A stretch of DNA of 64,000 nucleotides from Patescibacteria group bacterium (GTDB lineage: Bacteria; Patescibacteriota; Patescibacteriia; UBA1558; GWA2-36-10): the NCBI GenBank assembly GCA_041665505.1, contig JBAYIR010000001.1, positions 19,108 through 83,107 on the forward strand, given 5' to 3'. Position 1 is the first letter of the stretch, and every line of letters begins with the position of its first letter. This document shows, in pieces, positions 47,664 to 57,435 of this stretch. Below the pieces are notes generated by a model, which worked only from the letters and a program-made list of their open reading frames with translations, was not told the origin of the DNA and made no database searches. Both the position numbers and the translations under genes were made by a program.

Positions 47664-48401
47664 ATGCAAGTCAACAAAAAACAAATAGAATTTTTGCTCA
47701 AGTTAAAAAAGAAAAAATATCGTGATGAACACCAAAAATTTTTGTTTGAAAACCCCAAAGTAATTTGGGAAGAATTTTCCAATCCTTTATTGGATTCTGT
47801 TTATGTGACGGATAATTTTTATAAAGAAAATGAAGATCGGATGGTTTTTAAAAACATCTATCGTCTTTCCGAAAAAGATTTGGGCAAAATATCCAATCAA
47901 GTGAATCCTCTTGGTATGGTAGCACTGTTTAATATGCCTCAGGCCAAAAAATTTATTTTTAAATCAAAAAACGTTTTGCTTTTAGATGGTATTTCCGATC
48001 CAGGCAACATGGGTACTATTATTCGCACGGCTGATTGGTTTGGTTTCAATCATGTATTTTTGGGCAATAATTGTGTAGAAATTTATAATCCCAAAGTAGT
48101 AGCAGCTAGTATGGGTTCTATTTTCAATGTTAGTTTAAATGCCGATGTTAATTTAAAATCATTAATCAATGACCTCAAAGAAGAAGGCTATCAGATTGTA
48201 GTGACTGATTTGATGGGTGATGAATCTGATATAGATAGGCGGGCTAATATCGCTCTAGTGATTGGCAATGAAGCCAAGGGAGTAGATAGAAAATTAATTG
48301 AGTTGGCTGATAAGCGTTTTAAGATTATGAAGTCTGGTAAGGCTGAATCACTTAATGCTGCTGTAGCCGCTGGTATAGTGATGAATAAAATAAAATTTTA
48401 A
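47664..48401 (+). CDS. SpoU/TrmH-family RNA 2'-O-methyltransferase
   Basis: LLLDGISDPGNMGTIIRTADWFG......G.......PKVV.ASMGS are SPOUT motifs. Confidence 0.75.
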   Translation: MQVNKKQIEFLLKLKKKKYRDEHQKFLFENPKVIWEEFSNPLLDSVYVTDNFYKENEDRMVFKNIYRLSEKDLGKISNQVNPLGMVALFNMPQAKKFIFKSKNVLLLDGISDPGNMGTIIRTADWFGFNHVFLGNNCVEIYNPKVVAASMGSIFNVSLNADVNLKSLINDLKEEGYQIVVTDLMGDESDIDRRANIALVIGNEAKGVDRKLIELADKRFKIMKSGKAESLNAAVAAGIVMNKIKF

Positions 48402-48406
48402 TTAAA

Positions 48407-48440
48407 AGAAAGGGATTTATCAAGCCCTTTCTTTTTTTAT
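48407..48440 (+). terminator. Rho-independent terminator
   Basis: agaaaggg-atttatcaa-gccctttct followed by ttttttt. Confidence 0.55.
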
Positions 48441-48542
48441 TTACCCCACTTCGCTAAAGCTAGACAGGGCAGGACGACACAGATAATAAGTCTGGTCATT
48501 TATGCAAACAATGAGGTGTTGTTAGTGTTAATCTTGTTTTCC

Positions 48543-48571
48543 TTGACAAAAAGTGCCATTATAAGTATATT
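48543..48571 (+). promoter_or_regulatory. Sigma70-like promoter TTGACA-17-TATATT
   Basis: Direct motif read upstream of gene 48617. Confidence 0.45.
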
Positions 48572-48616
48572 ATCTATAGACGGCTTAGAGTTTTTGACGG
48601 CCGCTAGTAATTATTT

Positions 48617-50002
48617 ATGGATTTATCAAGCCTAATTTTATTTTTTGTATATATAGTAAATCTTTGTTTACTGGTTTTTGTCTTTTTTCATAAGGATAGA
48701 CAAAGATCGTGGCCATTTTTTTGGATGCTATTATTATTGGTGCTGTGGCAGAGTACGGAATTATTGAATATTTTTTACTTTATTCATCAAGATAAAAGCA
48801 TTTTACTTTTAGCTGTCCAAGCCGGCCTTTTGCCAGCTTTGTATTTAGCGCCAGCTTTTGTTAAGTTGGTTTTTTCTTTATTTGGGAAATGGCAACATGT
48901 AGGGAATTGGCGCAAGTTTTTATGGTATTTGCCAGCTATTATTATGTCAGGCTTTGTATTTACACCTTACAATTTAGCAGAGGTCATAGTCAGAGATAGT
49001 AGACTTTATTATATAGCGGGGCCAGTTTATTGGTTTTTTGCTGCTTATTTTGTCTTGTTGATGGCTTATGGTTTGTATATTTTGGCCAAAAATAGAAGGA
49101 CCGCTGGACCGATTGTGCGTCGGCAAATCGCTTATATTTTTGTAGCTACAGCTTTGGTGTCTATTAGCGGCTTATTATTTAATATTTTATTACCAATTTT
49201 ATCTAAACATAATTTTTATTATCTAGGAGTAAATAGTACTATATTTTTCACAGTAATACTGACTTATGCTTTGTTTAGACATAGATTTTTTGATTTGCGT
49301 ATTTCTTTTTATCAAACTCTTATCAATTTGTTCAAATTATTTATTACCGGTTTCATTTATTATATTTTTTATTTTTTATTACACGATTTGATAAAAGTAG
49401 ATTTTAATAATATACAAAATGTAATATTTTTACTTTTACTATTTGGTCTTAGCGCACCATTTATATTCAATGCAGTTCATAAATTTTTATTAGCTCTATT
49501 TATCACTCCTGAGCATGATATCAGAGTATCTAGTGATAAAATCGCAGAGATACTGCGCTCTAGTCGTGATTTGGATATTTTGCTGTCCAGATTATCCAAA
49601 GAAATAAATAAGGTAATTGGCTATAAAGAATTATTTATTTATCTTTCCAAGAAAAAAGATTTAGATACATTCTACCAGGTTTTTCCTATGGGGGAGAGGC
49701 TACTTAATAAAGCGGATAGCGAGCTTATTAAATATTTGGCTCAAAAGAAGACAATAGCCAATCGAGCGGAGATAGAGTATTTTTTTGTAGACAAGATGTT
49801 GATTACTGAGATGGAGACTATGCATGTAGATATAGCTTTACCGATTTTTTATAATAAACAGCTCTTGGGTATTTTGATGATTGATAATGATGGTGAACTC
49901 TTGTCCATTCAAGAATTGCAGTTTCTCAAAGAATTAAATAAGTATTTAGATATTGCTGTCGGCAGTTTGCTATTGTATCAGCAGGATTTAGCAGGTAAAT
50001 AA
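48617..50002 (+). CDS. HisKA_7TM-type 7TM receptor module fused to a C-terminal GAF domain (no kinase domain)
   Basis: The N-terminal 7 TM region ends in the conserved YALFRHRFFDLRI, matching the 7TM region of the kinase at 57436. The C-terminal ~150 aa are GAF-like. Confidence 0.55.
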   Translation: MDLSSLILFFVYIVNLCLLVFVFFHKDRQRSWPFFWMLLLLVLWQSTELLNIFYFIHQDKSILLLAVQAGLLPALYLAPAFVKLVFSLFGKWQHVGNWRKFLWYLPAIIMSGFVFTPYNLAEVIVRDSRLYYIAGPVYWFFAAYFVLLMAYGLYILAKNRRTAGPIVRRQIAYIFVATALVSISGLLFNILLPILSKHNFYYLGVNSTIFFTVILTYALFRHRFFDLRISFYQTLINLFKLFITGFIYYIFYFLLHDLIKVDFNNIQNVIFLLLLFGLSAPFIFNAVHKFLLALFITPEHDIRVSSDKIAEILRSSRDLDILLSRLSKEINKVIGYKELFIYLSKKKDLDTFYQVFPMGERLLNKADSELIKYLAQKKTIANRAEIEYFFVDKMLITEMETMHVDIALPIFYNKQLLGILMIDNDGELLSIQELQFLKELNKYLDIAVGSLLLYQQDLAGK

Positions 50003-50012
50003 TCATAAAATT

Positions 50013-50702
50013 ATGAGTGTTCAAAACATTTTACTTTTATTAGCGGGACTTATCAATTTAACAATGAGTATTTTGGTTTTCTCCCGAGGTGTCAAGCATA
50101 ATAAAATAAATTTTTATTTTTCTCTTTTGACTTTTTTTAATTTTTTATGGGCACTTAATCTTATTGTAATAAATTTAGGAATTAATTATGAGCTTACTAG
50201 ATTTATGGCTAGTTTGGTATATCCAGTAGCCTTGATGATAGTGGTCATTTTGTTTTATTTTATAATACATTTTCCTTATAAATTGCTTGAAATACCAAAA
50301 ATTTATAAATTGTTTATTAACTTGTCGATATTATTTTATAGTATATTTTGTATTTTTTTCTATCAAATTTTTGTTTGGAAAGTTTCTCTAGGTCCTAAAG
50401 TTATAATTTATTATGAATTTATATCTTATTCCATTTATACTTTTATACTTATTATTTTAATGTTGGCTGGCATAGTAATATTATTTTTAAAATTAAAAAA
50501 AGCTGAAGCAGCTTTTAAACAGCAACTATGCTTAGTATTATTAGCGGTGATTATTGGTACGGTCATGGGCAGTTATTCCAATTTGTTTTTAATGTATTTC
50601 CATAATCTTGATTATAACCACTTTGGTCCTTTATTTACTTTGGTTATAAATTTTATAGCCTTTTATCTAATTTTTTTAAAAGGCAAAATAAACAATAAAT
50701 AA
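50013..50702 (+). CDS. Stand-alone HisKA_7TM-like 7TM membrane protein (paralogue 1)
   Basis: The N-terminal ~45 aa are near-identical to gene 50707. The product is multi-TM with no cytoplasmic domain. Confidence 0.55.
   Translation: MSVQNILLLLAGLINLTMSILVFSRGVKHNKINFYFSLLTFFNFLWALNLIVINLGINYELTRFMASLVYPVALMIVVILFYFIIHFPYKLLEIPKIYKLFINLSILFYSIFCIFFYQIFVWKVSLGPKVIIYYEFISYSIYTFILIILMLAGIVILFLKLKKAEAAFKQQLCLVLLAVIIGTVMGSYSNLFLMYFHNLDYNHFGPLFTLVINFIAFYLIFLKGKINNK
50040..50160 (+). repeat. About 120-bp direct repeat (roughly 85% identical copy at 50745..50865) marking the tandem duplicated 5' ends of the 7TM paralogues
   Basis: Direct sequence comparison of the two gene starts. Confidence 0.6.
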
Positions 50703-50706
50703 ACAT

Positions 50707-51405
50707 ATGACAATCACAACACTAGGCTTACAAAACTTTACTTTATTGCTGGCTGGGCTGATTAATTTGACAATGAGCATTTTGGTTTTTTCTCGCGGAG
50801 TAAAGCACAATAAAATAAACCTTTATTTTTCTCTACTGACTTTTTTTAATTTTTTGTGGGCGTTTGCTCTACTACTAGCTAATATTTTTTCTAACAACGC
50901 CTTAGCGGAAATATCTTATAGAACATCATATCTCGCTGCAGTTGGTATAGCTGTCTCCTTGTTTTATTTCTCATTATATTTCCCTTACAAGATAAAGAAT
51001 TTAAAGTTGTATAATAACGTATTAGTTCTAATTTTTTCAGCAATTATTTTAGTATTTATATATTCTAAGTGGCATATAATTTTTTTTGAGAGGGGACTAA
51101 ATTTATCTAATTGGTTAATTGATTATTATAAACCTTTTTATGTAGTTTATAGTTTATTTTTTCTATCATTAGTTATCTCAGCTATATGTTTTTTAGTAAG
51201 CAGATTATATAATTTGGAAAGCTGGCTAAAGAGGAGAATAAAAATTTTATTAATTACTATTATAGTAGGTCTGGTTTTTGGTGTTTATTTTGATTTAATA
51301 CTTTGTTATTTTGGAAACTTTAACTATATTTGGTTTGGTCCAATATTTACTGCTTTTATGAATATATATGTTTTTTATCTTATATTCCACAACAAAGAAA
51401 AATAA
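50707..51405 (+). CDS. Stand-alone HisKA_7TM-like 7TM membrane protein (paralogue 2)
   Basis: LLLAGLINLTMSILVFSRGVKHNKINxYFSLLTFFNFLWA is shared with gene 50013. Confidence 0.55.
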   Translation: MTITTLGLQNFTLLLAGLINLTMSILVFSRGVKHNKINLYFSLLTFFNFLWAFALLLANIFSNNALAEISYRTSYLAAVGIAVSLFYFSLYFPYKIKNLKLYNNVLVLIFSAIILVFIYSKWHIIFFERGLNLSNWLIDYYKPFYVVYSLFFLSLVISAICFLVSRLYNLESWLKRRIKILLITIIVGLVFGVYFDLILCYFGNFNYIWFGPIFTAFMNIYVFYLIFHNKEK

Positions 51406-51408
51406 TTT

Positions 51409-52395
51409 ATGAGTAAGCAAAATAAAAAGATATTTTTGATTTTAGCTGGTGGTACCTGTATTTTAAATGATCATGGTCGTATTTTAGCAGTGCAATCAGA
51501 AGCAGATATTAATGATTGGCTGGCTCAAATGCCAGAGTTAAATATCTTGGCAAATATTGAGCCAATTTTTGTCAGTGGGGAAGATGATTTGTTAGAGCCA
51601 GCAATATGGCAGAAAATAGTAGAAAAAATTTCTGAAAAAGATAGTGAAGCAGATGGTTTTGTAGTAGTTTCCAAAATAGATCAGTTGGTCAATATTTCTT
51701 TGGCATTGAGTTTTGCTTTACAAAATTTTAAAAAAACTATAGTTACTACAGCTTCTCAAGTCAGCGGCACTAGTTTTATTGATAAAAAAGAAGTACTCAG
51801 TGGTTTAAAAAATAAATATGGTGGTCTGAGTTTGCGAGCTAATTTGATAAACGCTATTCAAATAGCTCAGCAACCCTTACCAGCTCCAGCTATTATATTT
51901 GGCACCCGTTTGATACCAGCTACTAGAGCTGTGGCTGATTTGGCTAATGATATAAATGTTTTTTCTAGCATTGATAATAATTATTGGGGCAAGGTAGACT
52001 TTGGTATAAATGTAAAATCTGGTCTAAATTATAATAAGCAAGCTAGTAAAATATATACCAATAAATTAGCTAATATTTTAATTATAGAAGATATTCCAGG
52101 TTTGCCATGGTTTTTTGATAAAAAAGTTTTGTCTGCTTATCATGGTATTTTTATTAAAATAAATCCTTATCAAACTTTAGAAAAATCTAAACAGGATCAA
52201 ATCATTAAATGGAAACTGCCAGTATTTTTATATAATTATCACTTAACTTCTCCAGTCAAAGGAGCAATTAATTTATCAAATTGTACAAAAAATACAGCTA
52301 TTATAAAGGCTATGTGGGCTTTAGGCGAAGACTTCAAAGAAAAAAGTTTGGAAAATATCATGACGCAAAATATTATTGGTGAATTTTTAAATTAA
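51409..52395 (+). CDS. L-asparaginase/GatD-like family protein (divergent)
   Basis: The N-terminal IFLILAGGTCIL resembles the asparaginase TGGTIAG nucleophile motif. Size and layout fit a type I asparaginase. Confidence 0.4.
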   Translation: MSKQNKKIFLILAGGTCILNDHGRILAVQSEADINDWLAQMPELNILANIEPIFVSGEDDLLEPAIWQKIVEKISEKDSEADGFVVVSKIDQLVNISLALSFALQNFKKTIVTTASQVSGTSFIDKKEVLSGLKNKYGGLSLRANLINAIQIAQQPLPAPAIIFGTRLIPATRAVADLANDINVFSSIDNNYWGKVDFGINVKSGLNYNKQASKIYTNKLANILIIEDIPGLPWFFDKKVLSAYHGIFIKINPYQTLEKSKQDQIIKWKLPVFLYNYHLTSPVKGAINLSNCTKNTAIIKAMWALGEDFKEKSLENIMTQNIIGEFLN

Positions 52396-52399
52396 ATGT

Positions 52400-52972
52400 A
52401 TGAAAATTTATTTTTATAGTAATCAATATTTGAACAATCAAAAGGCTAAAGACATTGTGCTTTATCTTAAAAAAGCTGGAGCAGAAGTGCTTAGCAATTT
52501 AGGTTCAACTGCCTCAGGGGGCTTAGATGGCAGATTTTTGGACAAGGTTGATGCTTTTGTTTTTCAGGGGGAGAGTTTGGACACTAAAGCTAGCTATTTG
52601 ATAGCCTTAGTTTTGGCTCAGAACAAAGAGGTTTTATGTCTTTTACCCCAAGGAGCTAAATTGGATCCATCACTTAAAGATTTGGAGTCTGATAGTAAAC
52701 TAGCGCAAAAAATTCATATTGAATTATATGATGAGGCCAATTTAAAAGAAAAGGTTTTGGCCTTTTTGAAGATTATCGATAATGGTAGTATTAGAAATCT
52801 GTTTAATATCAAATATACTTTGCGCATATCTGGTAAAATTGCTGATTATTTAAATTGGAAAGCAGATAACAAAAATGTCAACAAAGCAGATTGGATAAGG
52901 GATCAGATACAGGAGATAATGCAAGATGATAGTGCTTATCAAGAATTTTTGAAAAAGAAGTTTAATACTTAG
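52400..52972 (+). CDS. Hypothetical protein
   Basis: 190-aa ORF with no recognised motif. Confidence 0.4.
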   Translation: MKIYFYSNQYLNNQKAKDIVLYLKKAGAEVLSNLGSTASGGLDGRFLDKVDAFVFQGESLDTKASYLIALVLAQNKEVLCLLPQGAKLDPSLKDLESDSKLAQKIHIELYDEANLKEKVLAFLKIIDNGSIRNLFNIKYTLRISGKIADYLNWKADNKNVNKADWIRDQIQEIMQDDSAYQEFLKKKFNT

Positions 52973-52995
52973 TTGGAGGGTATTCGAATTTTTGG

Positions 52996-54732
52996 TTGTT
53001 TACCACTAGCCATTATGGTAAAATTAATATAAATATGACCATTGTAGAAAAGTATAAAAGTATCGTCAAAGAATTTGGCTCTCACACAGCCTTGGCTTAC
53101 TTGTCAGATGATCATTATAAAAAAATAAGTTATAACAACCTTAATGCCTATCGTAGGCGTCTAGCGGATAAATGGCATAATTTTGGTTGGCTTAAAGGAG
53201 AAAAATTAGCTCTGATGTTGCCAAATTCTCCAGAGTGGATTATTAGTGATTTAGCCGCCGCTACATTAGGAATAGTAGTAGTACCAATTCATACTACCTA
53301 TAATAGTGAGTATATCAAAAAAGTTATAAGGCATTCAGACAGTAAATATTTGCTTATTCATCGGGAATATTTTGATAAGCACAGAGCGATCATAGAAGAA
53401 TTTAATTTATCTATGATTATGGTAGTAGGAGGTAGCCAAGATTTAGTCGGCCAAAATTTGCAAGCTTGGCCAATACTAGATGAAGATAAAAAATTATCTA
53501 TGTTGCCTCATGATATTTCTGGAGACGATGTCCATACTATTGTCTATACCTCTGGGACTACTGGAGATCCAAAAGGAGTTATGCTGACTCATAAAAATAT
53601 TATATTTGATGTAGAAGCAGCTAAACGTAATGTAGATATTGATTATAGAGATAGATTTTTTTCTTTTCTCCCGTTATCTCATGCTTTTGAGAGAACAGCT
53701 GGCTATTACGCGCCTATTTTTAGCGGTTCTAGTATATATTTTGCTCGTAGCAAAGAGAGTATTATAGATGATATTAAAAAAGCTAGACCCACAATGATAA
53801 ATAGTGTGCCACGTATTTTTGAAAAAATTTATGGTAGAGTTTTTGACAAGGTAGATACGGCTAGTGATTTTAGGAGAAAAATATTTTTTAAGGGTTTGCA
53901 GCTATCTGTTTTAAAGAAAAAACAAAGTTTAGGATTTTTTAAATATATTCTTTGGATAACCTTGGATATTATTGTACTTAAAAAAATTAGAGCAGTTTTA
54001 GGAGGTAGGCTTCGCATGGCAATATCAGGAGGAGCATCTTTGGATCTAAAAATGCTGAAATTTTTTGAAAATCTAGGTATTAAAATAATAGAAGGCTATG
54101 GTATGAGTGAGGCCTCACCAATTATAGCTGTTAATAGGCCTAATAATTCTAGACCAGGTACTGTCGGGCACGCTTTAGATTGTAATGAAGTAACTATTGG
54201 AGCAAATAAAGAAATACTAGTTCGTGGTACCAATGTGATGAAAGGTTATTATAAGGCTGATAATTTAACCAAAGAGCTTATAGATGATAATAATTGGCTA
54301 CATACTGGAGATCTAGGTTTTATAGATAGAGATGGTTTTATATCTATTATAGGTAGAGCCAAGGATGTCATAGTACTTTCCACTGGTAAAAATATTTTTC
54401 CTGAGGCCATAGAAAATATATTAAATGAAAGCAGATATATTAGCCAAAGTATGGTTTATGGTGATAATCAAAAACATATTTCAGCTCTAATAGTACCAAA
54501 TTTTGAACAATTAAAAGAATGGTGTATTGCACATAGTATAAAGTTTAATTTAGAGGACCTTAAAATAATTGATTTTTATAAGGATAAAATTAATCAAAGA
54601 TTAAAAGAACATGCTAAGGTGGAACAAATTAATAATTTTAAATTATTATCTGAAGAATTTAGTCAGGAAAATGGATTTTTAACACCAACACTAAAATTAA
54701 AGAGGTATAAAATATTAAAGAAATATAATTAA
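52996..54732 (+). CDS. Long-chain fatty acid--CoA ligase (AMP-binding superfamily)
   Basis: AMP-binding motif IVYTSGTTGDPKGVMLTH, with GYG.SE, D.GW..TGD. and R.KD.I. Confidence 0.8.
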   Translation: MFTTSHYGKININMTIVEKYKSIVKEFGSHTALAYLSDDHYKKISYNNLNAYRRRLADKWHNFGWLKGEKLALMLPNSPEWIISDLAAATLGIVVVPIHTTYNSEYIKKVIRHSDSKYLLIHREYFDKHRAIIEEFNLSMIMVVGGSQDLVGQNLQAWPILDEDKKLSMLPHDISGDDVHTIVYTSGTTGDPKGVMLTHKNIIFDVEAAKRNVDIDYRDRFFSFLPLSHAFERTAGYYAPIFSGSSIYFARSKESIIDDIKKARPTMINSVPRIFEKIYGRVFDKVDTASDFRRKIFFKGLQLSVLKKKQSLGFFKYILWITLDIIVLKKIRAVLGGRLRMAISGGASLDLKMLKFFENLGIKIIEGYGMSEASPIIAVNRPNNSRPGTVGHALDCNEVTIGANKEILVRGTNVMKGYYKADNLTKELIDDNNWLHTGDLGFIDRDGFISIIGRAKDVIVLSTGKNIFPEAIENILNESRYISQSMVYGDNQKHISALIVPNFEQLKEWCIAHSIKFNLEDLKIIDFYKDKINQRLKEHAKVEQINNFKLLSEEFSQENGFLTPTLKLKRYKILKKYN

Positions 54733-54743
54733 TAAATTTTATT

Positions 54744-55286
54744 ATGGAAAATATAAAAGATTTACATATAGATAATGTCGAATATAAACTTTCTAATATG
54801 AAAGTAATTTTATTCTCATTTTTATTCTCTTCACTATCTTTAGCAACTATTTGGGTTACTCACCAATTTGGTTTAGCAGGTCCAGTTTTTTTACCTATGC
54901 ATTTTTTTATTTTAATAGCAGCCTTATCTTTTGGGTGGAGGGTAGGTTTATTGACGGGTATTTTGGTCCCTATAATGAGTTATTTTCAGTCTGGTATGCC
55001 AATTTTACCAATTTTACCAAGAATAATTTTAGAAGTAACAGCTTATGGATTCTTTGTGGGTATTTTTAGAGAGAAACTAAAATTTAATATGATAATATCA
55101 TTGTTATTGGCAATGATTATTGGTAGAATATTTTCTGGTCTCGGAGGGTTAGTTTTCAATGGGATTAGCTTTTTTGGCCACATTTTTAGTATTATAAAAG
55201 TCGGTTTTTTAGGGATCATATTACAATTTTTATTAGTTATACCTATAAGTAAATTTATTTTAAAATGGATGCATTTAAAAAATTAG
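54744..55286 (+). CDS. Putative ECF-transporter S component or small polytopic membrane protein
   Basis: 180 aa with about 5-6 TM. No solute-specific motif recognised. Confidence 0.35.
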   Translation: MENIKDLHIDNVEYKLSNMKVILFSFLFSSLSLATIWVTHQFGLAGPVFLPMHFFILIAALSFGWRVGLLTGILVPIMSYFQSGMPILPILPRIILEVTAYGFFVGIFREKLKFNMIISLLLAMIIGRIFSGLGGLVFNGISFFGHIFSIIKVGFLGIILQFLLVIPISKFILKWMHLKN

Positions 55287-55678
55287 AAAAAAATTTATTG
55301 GAAGGCTACAGCCTAATAGTTATTAAGGATGATAAGGAAATTTTTAAGTCCAAAGATCATGGCATAAAAGCCCTTTTTCAGTTATTAGACAAAGATAAAG
55401 ATATTTTAAAACACACTATAGTTTTAGATAAAAGAGTTGGGAGAGCTGCTGCGCTGTTGTTGATTAAAGGTGATATAAAAAAATTAATAACTCTTAAATT
55501 GAGTAAATCAGCTAAGCAGTCTTTAAAGGAAAATAATATATTATTTGAGGCACAGGAAATAGTGGATAATATAATGAGTAAAGATGGCTCTAAGATTTGT
55601 AGATTAGAAGAATTATCACAGGATAGAGAAGCTAATGATTTTTTTGAAATTTTAAAAATTAAAAAAATATTTGAATAG
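55265..55678 (+). CDS. Hypothetical protein (possibly DUF1893/TM1506-like)
   Basis: 137-aa soluble ORF that overlaps the previous gene's end. Confidence 0.35.
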   Translation: MDAFKKLEKNLLEGYSLIVIKDDKEIFKSKDHGIKALFQLLDKDKDILKHTIVLDKRVGRAAALLLIKGDIKKLITLKLSKSAKQSLKENNILFEAQEIVDNIMSKDGSKICRLEELSQDREANDFFEILKIKKIFE

Positions 55679-55683
55679 ATAAA

Positions 55684-56298
55684 ATGTTTTATAGTTTAAT
55701 AAAAATTTTATTTGCGCCTATTATAAAATTTTTTTGGCTTGGGGAGATTAAAGGTATTAATAATATTCCCACAAAAAAATCGGTTATTTTGTGTGCCAAC
55801 CATACTAGTTATTTAGATTTTTTACTTTTAGCAAGTGTATTGTCAAAAAAAGTTTATTTTTTAGCTGCAGAAGTTTTTTTTAAGAGTAAAATATGGTATC
55901 CTTTGGTAAAATTTACTGGTCAAATTAGAGTCGATAGAAATGCAGAAGATAAAAGTAAAACTTATATAGGAGTAGATAATATTTTAAATAGGCATGATAC
56001 CCTATGTCTATTCCCGGAGGGGACGAGATCGAGATCTGGTAAGTTACAAAAAGGGTATAATGGGGCTGTAAAATTTGCTTATAAATATAAAGTGCCAATA
56101 GTACCTATAGGCATATTAGGCGCATTCGAAGCTTGGCCACCTCAAAAAAAAATACCAAAAATAAAAAAGATTAATCTAGTATTCGGTGAACCGTATAGAG
56201 TTATCACAGATTCATTTGAGTATGAAACTAGTATATTAATGAATAAAATAGCTAAATTATCAAATCAGAATTATAAATCAAATGATAAAATATTATAA
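55684..56298 (+). CDS. plsC: 1-acyl-sn-glycerol-3-phosphate acyltransferase
   Basis: CANHTSYLD (HxxxxD) and FPEGTRS motifs. Confidence 0.8.
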   Translation: MFYSLIKILFAPIIKFFWLGEIKGINNIPTKKSVILCANHTSYLDFLLLASVLSKKVYFLAAEVFFKSKIWYPLVKFTGQIRVDRNAEDKSKTYIGVDNILNRHDTLCLFPEGTRSRSGKLQKGYNGAVKFAYKYKVPIVPIGILGAFEAWPPQKKIPKIKKINLVFGEPYRVITDSFEYETSILMNKIAKLSNQNYKSNDKIL

Positions 56299-57430
56299 AA
56301 ATGCAAATAATAAAATTCAAGAGATAGTGGACACATCCTTAAATTTGATGAATTTAAGGCATGGGTCTAAAGTTTTTATAAAACCTAATTTTTCTGGCAG
56401 GCCTCCTATATTACTAGGAGAGAACACATCTCTAGATGTATTAGAAGCAATAGTTAAGAATCTCGTAAGTAAAGATTGCGAAATTATTATTGGGCACTAT
56501 GCTTTACTGTCACTTGATAAAAAGAAATTTCCATTCGAAAAAATGATAGAGATGGGAGGTTATGATATTTTAAAAAAATATAATAAAGTTAAGTTTTTGA
56601 ATTTGGAAGAGGAGGAACATAAAACTGAACGCATTAATGAATTTACTATATTTATACCGAAAATATTAGATAAAGTTGACTATATTATAAATGTTCCAAA
56701 AGCTAAAACTCACATGGAAACACAAGTTAGCCTTTCCATAAAGAATTTAATGGGGTTGATTGATGGGCATAGTAGGAAATTATTTCATAAATTTTTTCTT
56801 AATGAATTATTGGGCTATTTAGGAGTTTTTATAAAACCAAGCATTAATATTGTTGATGGTATAACTTCTATGGAAGGAAATGGACCACATGAAGGTACAA
56901 ATATAGATTCAAATTTTATATGTGTTGGTGATGATTTAGTGGAATTAGATTCTTTTTTAGCACATATGATGGGTTTTAATTTTAATGATGTAACACATAT
57001 AAAAAAAGCTCAAGAGTTAGGTGTTGGTAATTATGCGTCAAGAGATATAATAGACAAATATCAGAAAGAAATTAAAGATTTTAAGAAACCTGATACTTAT
57101 ATGAAACTTGGTAGGCAATTATATTTTTGGCCGACAACTAGTTGTTCATTATGCCATGAAGTAATGAGAGATATGAAGAAAAAATTAAAGAAAGATTTTA
57201 TTTTTGGTTTAAAATTTTATTATTATGCTATTTTTTCTAAGAAAAGAATAAATATTATTATCGGCCGATGTGAAAATATGGAATATTTTAAAAATGATAT
57301 AAATGTCTGTATAGGTATATGTACGAAATGGTTTGCCGAAGAAAATAATATTGAATTTTTAATGGGTTGTCCTCCTTCAGCAGATAAAGTAATCGATTTT
57401 GTTTTTAAAAAATTTAGAGATAGTAAATAA
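56282..57430 (+). CDS. DUF362-domain protein with C-terminal Cys clusters (possible Fe-S)
   Basis: The N-terminal VFIKPNFSG... is DUF362-like. The C-terminal region has CSLCHE and CIGICTKW. Confidence 0.45.
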   Translation: MIKYYKNANNKIQEIVDTSLNLMNLRHGSKVFIKPNFSGRPPILLGENTSLDVLEAIVKNLVSKDCEIIIGHYALLSLDKKKFPFEKMIEMGGYDILKKYNKVKFLNLEEEEHKTERINEFTIFIPKILDKVDYIINVPKAKTHMETQVSLSIKNLMGLIDGHSRKLFHKFFLNELLGYLGVFIKPSINIVDGITSMEGNGPHEGTNIDSNFICVGDDLVELDSFLAHMMGFNFNDVTHIKKAQELGVGNYASRDIIDKYQKEIKDFKKPDTYMKLGRQLYFWPTTSCSLCHEVMRDMKKKLKKDFIFGLKFYYYAIFSKKRINIIIGRCENMEYFKNDINVCIGICTKWFAEENNIEFLMGCPPSADKVIDFVFKKFRDSK

Positions 57431-57435
57431 CTTTT

